A stretch of DNA of 17,016 nucleotides from Verrucomicrobiales bacterium (GTDB taxonomy: Bacteria > Verrucomicrobiota > Verrucomicrobiia > Verrucomicrobiales > V1-33), in assembly GCA_031411295.1 (NCBI GenBank), contig JANOAV010000127.1, forward strand, positions 1 to 17,016, in the 5' to 3' direction. Under the pieces are notes generated by a model. It was not told where the DNA came from. It did not search any database and saw only the letters and a list, made by a program, of their open reading frames with translations. Each line of letters starts with the position of its first letter. The stretch's first letter is position 1. Shown here in pieces: positions 1 through 8,789 of this stretch. A program made the translations under genes and the position numbers.

Positions 1-132
1 GCCGCCCTGATCAAGGAACGCCCGCCGAGGAGCTGTCCCCGCACCCTGCGCCAACCCGTCAAAGCCTGGCCCAAAACCAAAATCCCCAGCTCCCAACCGC
101 TCGTCAAAACCATCACCATCACCAATCCTTAA
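1..132 (+). CDS. IS4-family transposase, C-terminal 43 aa (partial, runs off the window)
   Basis: Open frame ending CCT TAA, overlapping the inverted repeat; RPPRSCPRTLRQPVKAWP motif. Confidence 0.65.
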   Translation, partial: AALIKERPPRSCPRTLRQPVKAWPKTKIPSSQPLVKTITITNP

Positions 133-140
133 AGGCATTG
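1..140 (+). mobile_element. Right end of an IS4-family insertion sequence (transposase C-terminus plus terminal inverted repeat)
   Basis: Frame +1 is open from 1 to TAA at 130-132: AALIKERPPRSCPRTLRQPVKAWPKTK..., the basic R..R..PR..R.P...W tail typical of IS4 transposases. It is followed by AGGCATTG ending at 140 (reverse complement CAATGCCTTTAAGG, an IS4-like terminus). The minus-strand gene is cut at 140/141. Confidence 0.7.
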
Positions 141-2360
141 CGCTTTAACCAGTGCGCCAGTAATGGCCCCTCCAGTGCCACTGAAGTCGGCAGTGATACC
201 CGAAGAGATGGTGGTGTTATTGTTAATAGTCCAGGTGTTTGCCGCGGCAAGGTCGGCCACGCTCAGGATGCCGCCGCTGAAGCTGTAGCCATTGCTGGCA
301 ATATCCAGGTCGCCGACAGAGCGGGTGCCGCTCACCGTGATGGCACCGACTCCGGTCGCGCCGAAGACCGCATCGTTGCCGTCGTCCCAGGCCGCGCCGG
401 TCCAGTTGAGCGCGCTGGTGTTCCAGATCGAACTGGCCTGCCCCGTCCAGGTTTTCGGCATCGCCACCCCGTGCGTCAGGGTCGGAAAAACAAAATAGGT
501 TTCGATGTTGCCGCCGGGATCCACCGCGGCCCGATCAACGGTCTTGAGGAGGGCCTTGATCTCGGGGTTGTTGGGATTGCGTTTGTTCGCGACTTCAAAA
601 ACGGTTGCCTGGTAGTTCGCGCTGACCCCTTCCCCGGTATAAAACCCGCCTTTGATTGAGTCATCACCCAGGCGATAGAAGTCCGCGTAGAAGTTGAAAG
701 GCGCCATGATGGTTTCGCCATGAGCGCCGGTGCGGGTGAAAAAGTTGAGTCCATTGTTATAAAGGATCTCCGTCATCGACATCATTTGGTTGCGCGACAA
801 CGCCGTATAGGAAAGGCCGGCGCCATTGGGGTGACCATTGCTCCCATCGGAATGACGGGTTCGATCGTAAATTTCACCGTCCTGCGGCAACGGCAGACTG
901 CTATCGGCATCGGGGAACGTTTCGCCGGACATCAGGATGGTCCCTTCAAAGAGGGTCAGATACGGACGGGGGTTGTCCTTGTGGTCCAACGCAAACTGGA
1001 CCAGCGATTGATCCCCCAGCGCGTAGCCAATCAACAGGTAACCCATCGTGGGCGATACGGTATGATTCTGATAGTATCCTCCGGAGAAATAGATGTTACC
1101 CATGAAGCTGGATTCAACGTAACCCCGGGGATCGGTCGAGGATCCTTGGAACGGAGTGTTCCATTGGTCGATGCCGGCCTGAAGGCTCGGCAGCATCGCG
1201 CGGAACCAGGTTTCCACCGTCGTCCGCTCGGTGGGCGTCAGGTCGTTGTAAAGGAAATCATAAGTGTAAACGAATTGGTTCATGCTGCGCGCGACTTTCA
1301 TGCCGGAATGCTGAAAGTTGGTCGTGTCCTCCGGGAAATCGGTGCCGGGCAAGGGGGTCGCCTGGGCCCAGCGGAGCAGGATGGCTTTGGCTTGGTTCCG
1401 ATGCGCGGTATTTCCTTTCAGCTGCCAGGCGAGGGCCATTTTGGCAGCCTGACTGCCGGCTGTCTTGGCATACAAATAGAACAGGTCGGAATCCTGTCCG
1501 GTGTAAGGCGCGGCCACGTTGTCATTGCTCCAACCGTCCGCGTAATATTTCAAATCCAACCATGCGGAATAACGCGGTTCGGCCTGGGCACTGATCGCCG
1601 CCTTGATTTCGACGACGTCGTCGGCCGTGACCAACAACCGCGGATGCGGCTGGGTGATCGGCGGCACGGTAATCTCCCGGACGTAGAAATTGTCAAAATG
1701 GGCCACATCGGTGACGCCGTCGCCTTGGCTCTTGATGACGCCCGCGTAGCCAGTGGTGTAAGTGGTGTCCGTGAAGGAACCGCTGGCCACTTGATAACCC
1801 GCGCTGGTGCGACGACTGCGCCAGTTGACGTCGCTGCCCGCATTGTGGATGGTCCAGTTGACCTGACCGGGGGCCGTGGACCAGGCGCTGATGGTGTAGT
1901 ATTTGCCGGTGTTGAAAACCTCCGAGGAGGCGGTGTCATTCGCATAGATGGTCTGCAGGACGCCGGCCGCGCCGTTTTCGAGCACCTGCACTTGTCTAGT
2001 TCCGAACTGCAGCCTGATTTGATAGAAGTTGGTGCCGTTCGCCCCGACCATGAATGCCATGCCCACGCGGCGGGTGGCGGTTTCATCGCGGACATCCACC
2101 GAGGCGCTCCAATCGCCCGGCTGCAAGGAGACCCGGGTATGATACAGCACCTGATCGTTGTTCTGGACCGAAGCATCCGCGTTGTCCACCAAGAGTTCAT
2201 GATCGATCAGCTTCCAGGTGCCGGTCCCTTTGGCCTGCCAATACCAGCCGATTTTTCCGCCGGTGTTGGTGTAGCCCACGGAGGGCCGGTTGAAATCGTC
2301 GGCCAAGCCGGCTTGGCCGAGACCAACGAGAAGAATGGGGATGTGAAGGATTTTGTGCAT
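129..2360 (-). CDS. Secreted polysaccharide-lyase-like protein (beta-sandwich domain, alginate lyase/DUF4962-like helical domain, start of an autotransporter-associated beta-strand region), C-terminally truncated by the IS
   Basis: Signal peptide MHKILHIPILLVGLGQAGLA from ATG 2360. HPRLLVT...AW..L, A..ALAW, YDFLYNDLT..ER..VE.WF and QNH motifs are alginate-lyase-like. The C-terminal WTG...WN...NW...W.DG.DAVF and LVKA are typical of autotransporter passenger repeats, then QCL* is read from IS sequence. Confidence 0.75.
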   Translation of the reverse strand: MHKILHIPILLVGLGQAGLADDFNRPSVGYTNTGGKIGWYWQAKGTGTWKLIDHELLVDNADASVQNNDQVLYHTRVSLQPGDWSASVDVRDETATRRVGMAFMVGANGTNFYQIRLQFGTRQVQVLENGAAGVLQTIYANDTASSEVFNTGKYYTISAWSTAPGQVNWTIHNAGSDVNWRSRRTSAGYQVASGSFTDTTYTTGYAGVIKSQGDGVTDVAHFDNFYVREITVPPITQPHPRLLVTADDVVEIKAAISAQAEPRYSAWLDLKYYADGWSNDNVAAPYTGQDSDLFYLYAKTAGSQAAKMALAWQLKGNTAHRNQAKAILLRWAQATPLPGTDFPEDTTNFQHSGMKVARSMNQFVYTYDFLYNDLTPTERTTVETWFRAMLPSLQAGIDQWNTPFQGSSTDPRGYVESSFMGNIYFSGGYYQNHTVSPTMGYLLIGYALGDQSLVQFALDHKDNPRPYLTLFEGTILMSGETFPDADSSLPLPQDGEIYDRTRHSDGSNGHPNGAGLSYTALSRNQMMSMTEILYNNGLNFFTRTGAHGETIMAPFNFYADFYRLGDDSIKGGFYTGEGVSANYQATVFEVANKRNPNNPEIKALLKTVDRAAVDPGGNIETYFVFPTLTHGVAMPKTWTGQASSIWNTSALNWTGAAWDDGNDAVFGATGVGAITVSGTRSVGDLDIASNGYSFSGGILSVADLAAANTWTINNNTTISSGITADFSGTGGAITGALVKAQCL

Positions 2361-2516
2361 GGGATAAGTGAATGTGTTCGAGCGTTGGAAAAGTGCCGCA
2401 ATGCGTGGGCGAAGGCGCGCGCGCTGCGGCGGTCGAGACACTTCAGCAACCCGGTGGGCTGGGTCACGGCGTCATGCAGAGACGGCAGAATTTCTTCAGC
2501 GCGCTGCTTGGCAGTG

Positions 2517-2545
2517 AGCGTAGCTCTGCCGGTTCGCGTTGCCAA
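2517..2545 (-). promoter_or_regulatory. Putative outward-facing sigma70 promoter TTGGCA-N17-TACGCT
   Basis: -35 at 2545-2540, 17-nt spacer, -10 at 2522-2517. Both hexamers are identical in the copy at 8670-8698 while the spacer differs at 3 positions. Points toward the lyase gene. Confidence 0.55.
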
Positions 2546-2597
2546 GGTGTTTGTTGGTTGCAGATTTTTGTGGGTTTCCTTCGGTCGCTTCCTGTGA

Positions 2598-2835
2598 TTA
2601 GGCGGATTTTAGGACGAGGATGCGGCCGTCTCCGAGGTCAATTTCTGGGGCCTTCCAAGCTTGGTCTCCGCATTGGTAGGCACTTTGGTCCCAGAGTTCG
2701 AGGGTGTCATTAGAAGGAGAGCGTCTTCGTCGGCTGGGATCCAAGCCCGGATGGCTTGCAGTGTGGGTGGATGGGTTCGAAGGTGTCGATGTCGAATGGT
2801 GGCTCGGGTGGTGGGGGAAGGCTGATGCGGGTTGC
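2598..2835 (-). pseudogene. Frameshifted Pro/acidic-rich C-terminal tail, probably of an IS91-like transposase
   Basis: Pieces in different frames: TRISLPPPPEPPFDIDTFEP, LQAIRAWIPADED, NDTLELWDQ...EIDLGDGRILVLKSA*. The ending GDGR(I/V)LVL..A* is conserved in copy C, upstream of the promoter and oriIS. The IS91 assignment is inferred from position. Confidence 0.45.
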
Positions 2836-2864
2836 AGTAAGGTGGCGGCCTGTTTATTCACCTT

Positions 2865-2965
2865 GTAGCGACGCCTCTGCTTGAGCAGAAACGCCTTCTC
2901 TTCGGCCTCCAGCAAGAAGTTTCGGTCATAGCAACGGGAGACGATGTGGTAGTAAGCAACAGCCT
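2865..2965 (-). pseudogene. REP-associated tyrosine transposase (RAYT/Y1_Tnp) N-terminal fragment
   Basis: AVAYYHIVSRCYDRNFLLEAEEKAFLLKQRRRY matches the YH..SR..R.F....EK..F N-terminal motif of Y1 transposases; no HUH motif follows. Confidence 0.75.
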
Positions 2966-3036
2966 TTTTATAAAGAGCCTGCCACTTTATTTTTTTTGTT
3001 TTTCCCCTCAATCAATGGAGCCCATCTTCCCTGCGC

Positions 3037-6000
3037 TCACGGGAGAATCTGCTCTGCTTCGAGCCGGAAGAAGAGTTTCGAGAAGGGGGCGCTGATTTCA
3101 CCGATGAGGAACAGGTTATAGGGAGCAACTGAAAAGCCCGTGCTGAAGCCTGAGGAGGGTTGGTGGGTGGTGCCGTCGCTGGTGAAGGCGGTGGCCCAGT
3201 TGGTGAGGTTCAGGGAGCGTCGGAGCTTCCAGCGGACTTTGCCGATGGCGGCGGGATTGTAGCCGAAGGTGATTTCCCGTTTGCCATTGGGGAGCACGTG
3301 AATGTTGGGGCTCAGGGGCGAGCCTTTGTCGGCGGTGAGCGGATCGGTGCCGAGCGCGAATTCCGCGCCATAGGCCACGCCATCGCCATCCCAGTCTTGA
3401 TTCCAATAAAGTGTCAGGTCTGCGGAGCCGGCATATTCCACCGCACCGATTTCGGGTGTCACATCCCGCGCGACGCCCCGCTGGTCCGTGACGAAGGGGA
3501 TGCTCCCGCCGCCCGCATTGATGGCTGGGGAACCGGGCAGCAGGGCCATGGTGTTGAGGGTGCCGCCGTAGTTGCCCAGCGGAGTCAGGAGCGGGAGGCG
3601 TGGGTTGGCATCGGTCCCCGTTAGGTCCGTGCCCAGCCACGCAACGCCGGAGCCATCGGTTTTGCCGATCAAATTTCGTCCGCCAGAAACGGGGAGCGCT
3701 CCGCCGAGGGAATAGACATCGGGTCCGTCCGCAGCCGTTGCGGCGGTATTGCCAGCGAGGATGGTGCTGAGAATCTCGGTGACTGTGGAGCCATCCGACT
3801 GCCAGACGATGACGCCGCCCCCTTTATTCGTGGCGGTGTTTCCACTGATGGTGCAGAAGATCATGGTGAGCGTGGCCGACCCGCCCGCCATGGTGCTATA
3901 GTTGTAACAGCCTGCGCCCGTGATCGCTGAGTTTCCGGTGACAGTGCTCTGGGTCAAATTGCAAGAGGCCGTGCCGCCAGAGGCCCAATTCATCAGCCCG
4001 CCTCCGCCTAGCGCAACAGTGTTTCCGTTGATGGTGCAGTTCTCGATTTTCATTCCAGACGTGGCAGAAGCGGGCGCCATATTGAGGAGGCCGCCACCCG
4101 CAAGCAAGCTGGTATTGCTGGAAATGGCGCAGTTTTGCAGAGCAAGGGTGGCACCGCGTGGGGTGCCGAGATTGCTTGCGCCGCCGCCGCCCGCAGCCCT
4201 GTTTCCTGAAATGACACAGTTTTGCAATAAGGCATGACCCTGGTTCCGCACCCCTCCGCCCTGACCCTCTGCGGAGTTGTCTGAAAGGTATCCTCCCGAG
4301 ATGGTCAGGCCGCGCAGCACTGCGGCTCCCGTGTCGAGGATGTCGAAAACTCGCTTCGGGTTCGCCTCAGCGGCAGCCGCATTCACCGTCACCCCGCCGG
4401 GGATGTTAGATGCGTCAATGATGATCCCATTGTTAATCGGCAGTGCTGGATTGGCTGCGGCAAATGTGATGACATTGGCCACCCCGCCGGTGAACACCGC
4501 AGGGTCGAAACAAATGTGGTCCGCGTTGTCCGTGCCAACATCCGCATAGACTGCCTCGCGCAAGGAAAGCTGCGTTAGGAGACCGAGATCGTCGGCGTTA
4601 GTGTTGACCAGCACGCGGCGCACTTCCACGGCTCCGATGTCTGAAATGCCGCTGCCATTGCCGTCGCCATCCCTTTCGCGCACGAACCCACGCTGGTCCG
4701 TCGTGACAATCGACGGAGCTTCCGCCGCATCCAGCGCAGGGCTTCCTGGCAGGGGAAGCATCGTTTGGGTCGGCCCGCCGTAGAAGTCCAGCGGTGCCAG
4801 TTGGGGATCGCCACCGATCTGGTTATGGCCCCCATTCTGGGCACCACCGCCCGCCAGAGTGATATTTCCAGGCGAGTTCCCGGCCACGATGGAATCGTAG
4901 AGCCACAGGGTGTTGAAAGCGTAAATGCCCGCGCCCGATGCGGTGCCTCCTGTGTTTCCAGAAAACGTGCAGTGCGTCAGTTCCGTGCGGTTGATGGAAT
5001 GCACGGCTCCCCCTCCTGTCTGGTCAGAATTTCCCGAGAATGTGCAGTTCTGGAAATGTGCGATGGACAGCCCGCTGCCGCTGTGAATAGCCCCGCCTGT
5101 CTTCGCGAAGTTTCGGAGAAACGCGCAATTATACACATACAAGAGTGAGCTGTCATTGCGGATCGCCCCGCCGGTGCCTTCAGCCCCATTCGGGTCCGCC
5201 GTCGGGCCGCCATCGGCAAAGGTCAGGTTCCGCAGTTGGATCTCCCCGCCGCTGTTATCGACTCTGCACAGGCGGTGGCTGGCATTTCCCTCGTCCGTCA
5301 ATGTCGGTGCTCGCGGCAGTCCACCCCCATCGATCGCAACGGTGTTCCCATCATTGATGATGAGCTGGCTCGTGAGGATGATGGACTGCCCGCTCAATGC
5401 CGGATCGAACGTGACCACATCATCTCCAGCCGCAACGGCCGCATCCGCCAGCGCCTGACGCAGCGAACCGCTGCCAGCGTTATTGATGTTCCGCACCACA
5501 GGGCCCTGACGCAACGCCAGAGCATAAATGTGGAAACTCTGCCCCACGTCCTCCTGGGAAATGCGAATCGTGCGCGTGGTGGCATCCGCGATGAAGGCAT
5601 GTTCCACCCGCAGACCCTTGTCGTTATTATACGTGTTCTGATCCTGCACCAGCCCCTGTCCGCCGCTGGAGAAATACGCCGTCCGGCTAGCGGCAGCGTC
5701 AAATCCCACGCTGAGAAACGTCACCACATAACTCAAGCCGGGCGTCAGCCCTTGCAGCGTGACGACCGCAGGATTCCCGCCCCAGATGAAATCATGCCCC
5801 ACCACCGCACTGCCGTTACCGCCCAATGCCGTCAGAGCGTTCGTGTCATTATTGAATGTCTGCGGCACGCCAGTGATCGTAAATTGTCCCGCCGACGAAG
5901 GGTTCCCACCATTGATCCCTCCCACGCTCTTACCAGCGATGGTTGCGGGCGAGTTGCTGCCGAAATGATAGGCCCACTTGCTCTCGGGATAGATCCCCGC

Positions 6001-6660
6001 CGTGGCATCGCCCTTCCAAGGCGAAACCATCCACGCCGTGGAGGGCGCGATGGAGAAATCATCCACCAGCAGCGTGCTGTCATTCACCCCCGTGGTCGCA
6101 TTCGTAATCACCAACGCCGCCGTCGGACCACTAGCCAAGAAATCTCCCGCCACACTGTAATAAGGCGCGCTGCCTCCCACCGACGGAGCGGCGGAAAACG
6201 CAACCGGAGCCACTCCATTGATCGCAAAACTAGCCGTGGGCGCGGTGTAAGCCGAACGACAATTCGCACGGAACCGCAGCTTGTAACCCTGCCCCGCCGT
6301 CAGCCCGGAAATGGTCGTCGAAAGACTGGTGCTCCCCGCCCCCGTGCTCTGAATAAACGCCACATTCGCGCCATCGGGAATCGCCCCATTGTCCGCAAAC
6401 GGATTGCCGGAAGCGGGATTCAACCCCGCCCGTATATTGTTCGAGGCCGTCCAACCAGAGATCAGAGCATTGAGCGAAATGTAACCCGGAGCTGTCGTAA
6501 AGCTGTTCGCCTCAAACGAAGGATTGGGAATCGTCTGCCCCCAAGCCGCCCCCGCCATGCATCCCATCATGACCGGAAGCCATCGCCACCAGACCGTGCT
6601 GCGGAGGGCAGGAGACAGACACAAGACACGAGCGAGTGGATTGGGAGCGATAGTTTTCAC
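3037..6660 (-). CDS. Large secreted/surface protein with two choice-of-anchor Q domains, CSLREA motif and right-handed beta-helix repeats
   Basis: Probable GTG start at 6660 after GAGG (ORF extends to 6723). Signal peptide ending AAWG/Q. GSGSLRQAL, LSLREAV and GGAI/F..N repeats; two copies of L.PL..YGG...TM..LPGSPA...G/A...TDQRG..R...IGAVE; C-terminal DWDGDG...EFALGTDP...FFRLEAE. Confidence 0.85.
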   Translation of the reverse strand: MKTIAPNPLARVLCLSPALRSTVWWRWLPVMMGCMAGAAWGQTIPNPSFEANSFTTAPGYISLNALISGWTASNNIRAGLNPASGNPFADNGAIPDGANVAFIQSTGAGSTSLSTTISGLTAGQGYKLRFRANCRSAYTAPTASFAINGVAPVAFSAAPSVGGSAPYYSVAGDFLASGPTAALVITNATTGVNDSTLLVDDFSIAPSTAWMVSPWKGDATAGIYPESKWAYHFGSNSPATIAGKSVGGINGGNPSSAGQFTITGVPQTFNNDTNALTALGGNGSAVVGHDFIWGGNPAVVTLQGLTPGLSYVVTFLSVGFDAAASRTAYFSSGGQGLVQDQNTYNNDKGLRVEHAFIADATTRTIRISQEDVGQSFHIYALALRQGPVVRNINNAGSGSLRQALADAAVAAGDDVVTFDPALSGQSIILTSQLIINDGNTVAIDGGGLPRAPTLTDEGNASHRLCRVDNSGGEIQLRNLTFADGGPTADPNGAEGTGGAIRNDSSLLYVYNCAFLRNFAKTGGAIHSGSGLSIAHFQNCTFSGNSDQTGGGAVHSINRTELTHCTFSGNTGGTASGAGIYAFNTLWLYDSIVAGNSPGNITLAGGGAQNGGHNQIGGDPQLAPLDFYGGPTQTMLPLPGSPALDAAEAPSIVTTDQRGFVRERDGDGNGSGISDIGAVEVRRVLVNTNADDLGLLTQLSLREAVYADVGTDNADHICFDPAVFTGGVANVITFAAANPALPINNGIIIDASNIPGGVTVNAAAAEANPKRVFDILDTGAAVLRGLTISGGYLSDNSAEGQGGGVRNQGHALLQNCVISGNRAAGGGGASNLGTPRGATLALQNCAISSNTSLLAGGGLLNMAPASATSGMKIENCTINGNTVALGGGGLMNWASGGTASCNLTQSTVTGNSAITGAGCYNYSTMAGGSATLTMIFCTISGNTATNKGGGVIVWQSDGSTVTEILSTILAGNTAATAADGPDVYSLGGALPVSGGRNLIGKTDGSGVAWLGTDLTGTDANPRLPLLTPLGNYGGTLNTMALLPGSPAINAGGGSIPFVTDQRGVARDVTPEIGAVEYAGSADLTLYWNQDWDGDGVAYGAEFALGTDPLTADKGSPLSPNIHVLPNGKREITFGYNPAAIGKVRWKLRRSLNLTNWATAFTSDGTTHQPSSGFSTGFSVAPYNLFLIGEISAPFSKLFFRLEAEQILP

Positions 6661-6852
6661 GGGAGAAACCTCTACACGTTTTAAGCTGCTGGTCACCGCA
6701 AAATTGGAAAATTCTTGCGGCACTTCAGAGCCTATTTACTGACTCTAGCGCTCGATTCTCAGCAAGTATCGCGCTGCGGGCGCGCCTGCGAGACTGACCG
6801 TGGCACGATAGACCCCAGGTGAGAGCTCGACGATGCTGCTCAAGGCAGTGCG

Positions 6853-6926
6853 TCTGATAGGAATTTGCTTTTTCAGAGTGGGGTTGAATTGGGGATCGGA
6901 ACGGGGGAGAGAGGGGCTGGCTCACG
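6853..6926 (-). mobile_element. Remnant B: IS91/ISCR-type oriIS end
   Basis: Minus strand reads CTGAAAAAGCAAATTCCTATCAGA, containing the AAATTCCTAT core of IS91-family oriIS. 6853-6916 matches 8483-8546 ungapped at 54/64 nt. Confidence 0.7.
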
Positions 6927-6977
6927 AATGCCCAAAAGGATTTCTGCCGTGCCGACCACTGGCCGATTAACCGTCCC

Positions 6978-7058
6978 AAGCCACAGAGCGCGCTGGCGCA
7001 GTTCGTGCAGGTTCTGATGATGAGTAATGAGTTTCAGTTCGGGGAGGAGGCGCATTGA
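6978..7058 (+). pseudogene. Orphan C-terminal fragment of a DUF1553 (PSD1/Planctomycete cytochrome c) protein
   Basis: KPQSALAQFVQVLMMSNEFQF..* resembles the conserved A.AQ..QVL..SNEF.F C-terminus of DUF1553 proteins. No upstream gene body is present; convergent with the 522-aa gene. Confidence 0.6.
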
Positions 7059-7060
7059 AT

Positions 7061-8629
7061 CTACTTTTTCTCAGGCACTGCCGCTTTTGGCAGTCCGTCT
7101 AGGTTGAGTGTTTCAGTCGGCACCGGCTTCAGTGCGGGAACTTGTTTCCCGTCCAGATACAGGAGCGGTGCCGACAGATTGGCCACGGTGAGTTTCCTGA
7201 TATGAACATCCCACGATGGTTTCAGAATCACCAGCCGCAGGTGCCGTGCTGCCGTCTTCTCAAAGTAACCATTCCACTGATACGGTGGACGCACACGGTC
7301 CACTTCGACCAGGGTTGTCCAGGTCTCAGCGTCGTTGGAAGTCTGCACTGCGAAATGCACCGCCTGCGCTGACGCCAGGCCAAAGTAGTTGAACTCTGTT
7401 TTCGCGCCGAAATCCACGCTGATCCATTGCGGGATTTGCTGCGTGAGAAACCAGTCGCCGGCACCGCTCTTTATGAACTTGTCCGCGGACTCGGGGCGAA
7501 TGCTGCCGGTAATGGTTTTTCCGAGAATCAGGTTGGCGGCGTCTTTGGGCGCATCGGGTGCTGAGGCGATGCTTACGAGTGGCTTGGGTGGACGTGGTGC
7601 GCGTGGTGCCTTCGGCGGCTTCGGGGCTGGAGGTGGTGCGCTGGAGTCCACGATGCTGTAACATTTGTATTCCGTCTCGAAGGGAACGCCTTCGCCACCG
7701 GTTTGAAATTTTGCCATGAGCGTGCAGCCGTTGCCAAGTGTGCCGGTATCCGGGAGGACTTTTCCCATCGCGTCGTGGGCGAACACCGTCACTCCTGAGG
7801 GCCGCACAACGTTTGAAATGAGTTCTGACACGGTGACGGGCTTTGGCACGGTGATGGTGTTGTTTAAGTTGTCGAGCGCGGTGCCGAGTTTGCCGGTCAA
7901 TGTCGCGCGCGGCGTGGCGTTTTCTGTTTTGTTAAAGACTTCCATTTCCGGCACCCCGACTGACGCTCTTGAACCCTGGGGGAGCTTCGGGAAAACCAGC
8001 AGCATTGCCTGGTATTTGGTGCTGCTGAATGTGATGGTGACGGTGTTGTGTTCTTTGCTGCCTGCATTGACGAACTGGCCTTCAGGATCCGCAGCGATCA
8101 ATTCCTGCTCGTGAACCATCGCGAAGCCGGGTGAGACTCCCGGATCGGGGTCATCATCAATTTCCACATCGTCCGAGCCCTCCAGCCGCCAGCCCGTGAA
8201 AGCAGCACGCTCGTTGAAAAGGTAAAAGCGGACGGTGTTAAAATTCACCGGAGAGGCTCCCAGCTTGATGCCGCCAAAAGCGCCATCCTTGTTGTCGCTC
8301 GACCACATGCCAAGCGTCTGCATCCGGCCATCGTTTAGTTTTGAAATGGCGAACGGTCCGTTGCTTCCGCTGCCGATGGCAGTAGCCCCTTGCTCGCGGG
8401 CAAGATTGCCTGGCACGACGGGCGGTGCGTCTGCGGAAAACAAAGCGCCTGCCGATATCACAAGGAAGAGGCTGACGGCCTTTCTGATAGGAGTTTGCTT
8501 TTTCAGGGCGGCGTTGGACGGGTGATCGGAATCGGGGAGAGAGGGGGGCAGGAAGGCTGAATGATGAAGGAAAAAGGCTGCATCAGATTGGATTCCACTC
8601 TCCGAATGGGTAAATTTTGCTGCTGGCAT
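7061..8629 (-). CDS. Secreted protein with two discoidin/F5-8 type C (CBM32-like) domains and a Pro-rich linker; native 5' end apparently replaced by element DNA
   Basis: NLA...AT...S....A..KLNDG...WSS and PQWISVDFG...F.VQTSND..TW...ARHLRLVI motifs; PPPAPKPPKAPRAPRPPKP linker. The signal-peptide core RKAVSLFLVISAGALFSA begins right at the oriIS junction. Start codon uncertain. Confidence 0.8.
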   Translation of the reverse strand: MPAAKFTHSESGIQSDAAFFLHHSAFLPPSLPDSDHPSNAALKKQTPIRKAVSLFLVISAGALFSADAPPVVPGNLAREQGATAIGSGSNGPFAISKLNDGRMQTLGMWSSDNKDGAFGGIKLGASPVNFNTVRFYLFNERAAFTGWRLEGSDDVEIDDDPDPGVSPGFAMVHEQELIAADPEGQFVNAGSKEHNTVTITFSSTKYQAMLLVFPKLPQGSRASVGVPEMEVFNKTENATPRATLTGKLGTALDNLNNTITVPKPVTVSELISNVVRPSGVTVFAHDAMGKVLPDTGTLGNGCTLMAKFQTGGEGVPFETEYKCYSIVDSSAPPPAPKPPKAPRAPRPPKPLVSIASAPDAPKDAANLILGKTITGSIRPESADKFIKSGAGDWFLTQQIPQWISVDFGAKTEFNYFGLASAQAVHFAVQTSNDAETWTTLVEVDRVRPPYQWNGYFEKTAARHLRLVILKPSWDVHIRKLTVANLSAPLLYLDGKQVPALKPVPTETLNLDGLPKAAVPEKK

Positions 8630-8669
8630 GGGAGTGGGGGCGGTTCACGGAGGATTACTAATTCTCGTG

Positions 8670-8698
8670 AGCGTAGTTCTGGCGGTCCGCGTTGCCAA
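8670..8698 (-). promoter_or_regulatory. Putative outward-facing sigma70 promoter TTGGCA-N17-TACGCT (second copy)
   Basis: -35 at 8698-8693, -10 at 8675-8670, 17-nt spacer; conserved with 2517-2545. Confidence 0.55.
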
Positions 8699-8789
8699 GC
8701 TTATAGTTGGCTGCGGATTTTTGTGGGGTTCCTTCGGTCACTTCCTGCGCTTAGGCGCAGTCTAGGACGAGGACGCGGCCGTCTCCCGA

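Larger units (their letters stand above)
2454..2985 (-). mobile_element. Remnant A of composite RAYT/IS91-like element (end motif, RAYT N-terminus, putative IS91-like tail, promoter)
   Basis: 2514-2642 is about 85% identical to 8667-8797 by hand alignment. 2865-2965 aligns ungapped to 11662-11762. End motif ATAAAGAGCCTGCCAC at 2970-2985. GGGCTGGGTCACG near 2456 echoes similar motifs near 6914 and 8638. Confidence 0.7.

Noticed and set aside
2361..2380. CACATTCACTTATCCC just before the lyase ATG as a degenerate oriIS for remnant A
   Set aside because: Similarity to AAATTCCTATC is weak and the upstream 60-bp oriIS repeat is not recognisable.
720..2597. Long plus-strand ORF (625 aa) and similar antisense ORFs (5236-6684, 9279-10055, 14614-15444, 15496-16356)
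   Set aside because: Shadow frames opposite well-supported genes in GC-rich DNA; no recognisable motifs.
2598..3011. 137-aa ORF as a real gene
   Set aside because: Chance in-frame chimera of a RAYT N-terminal fragment, an out-of-frame middle and a transposase tail.
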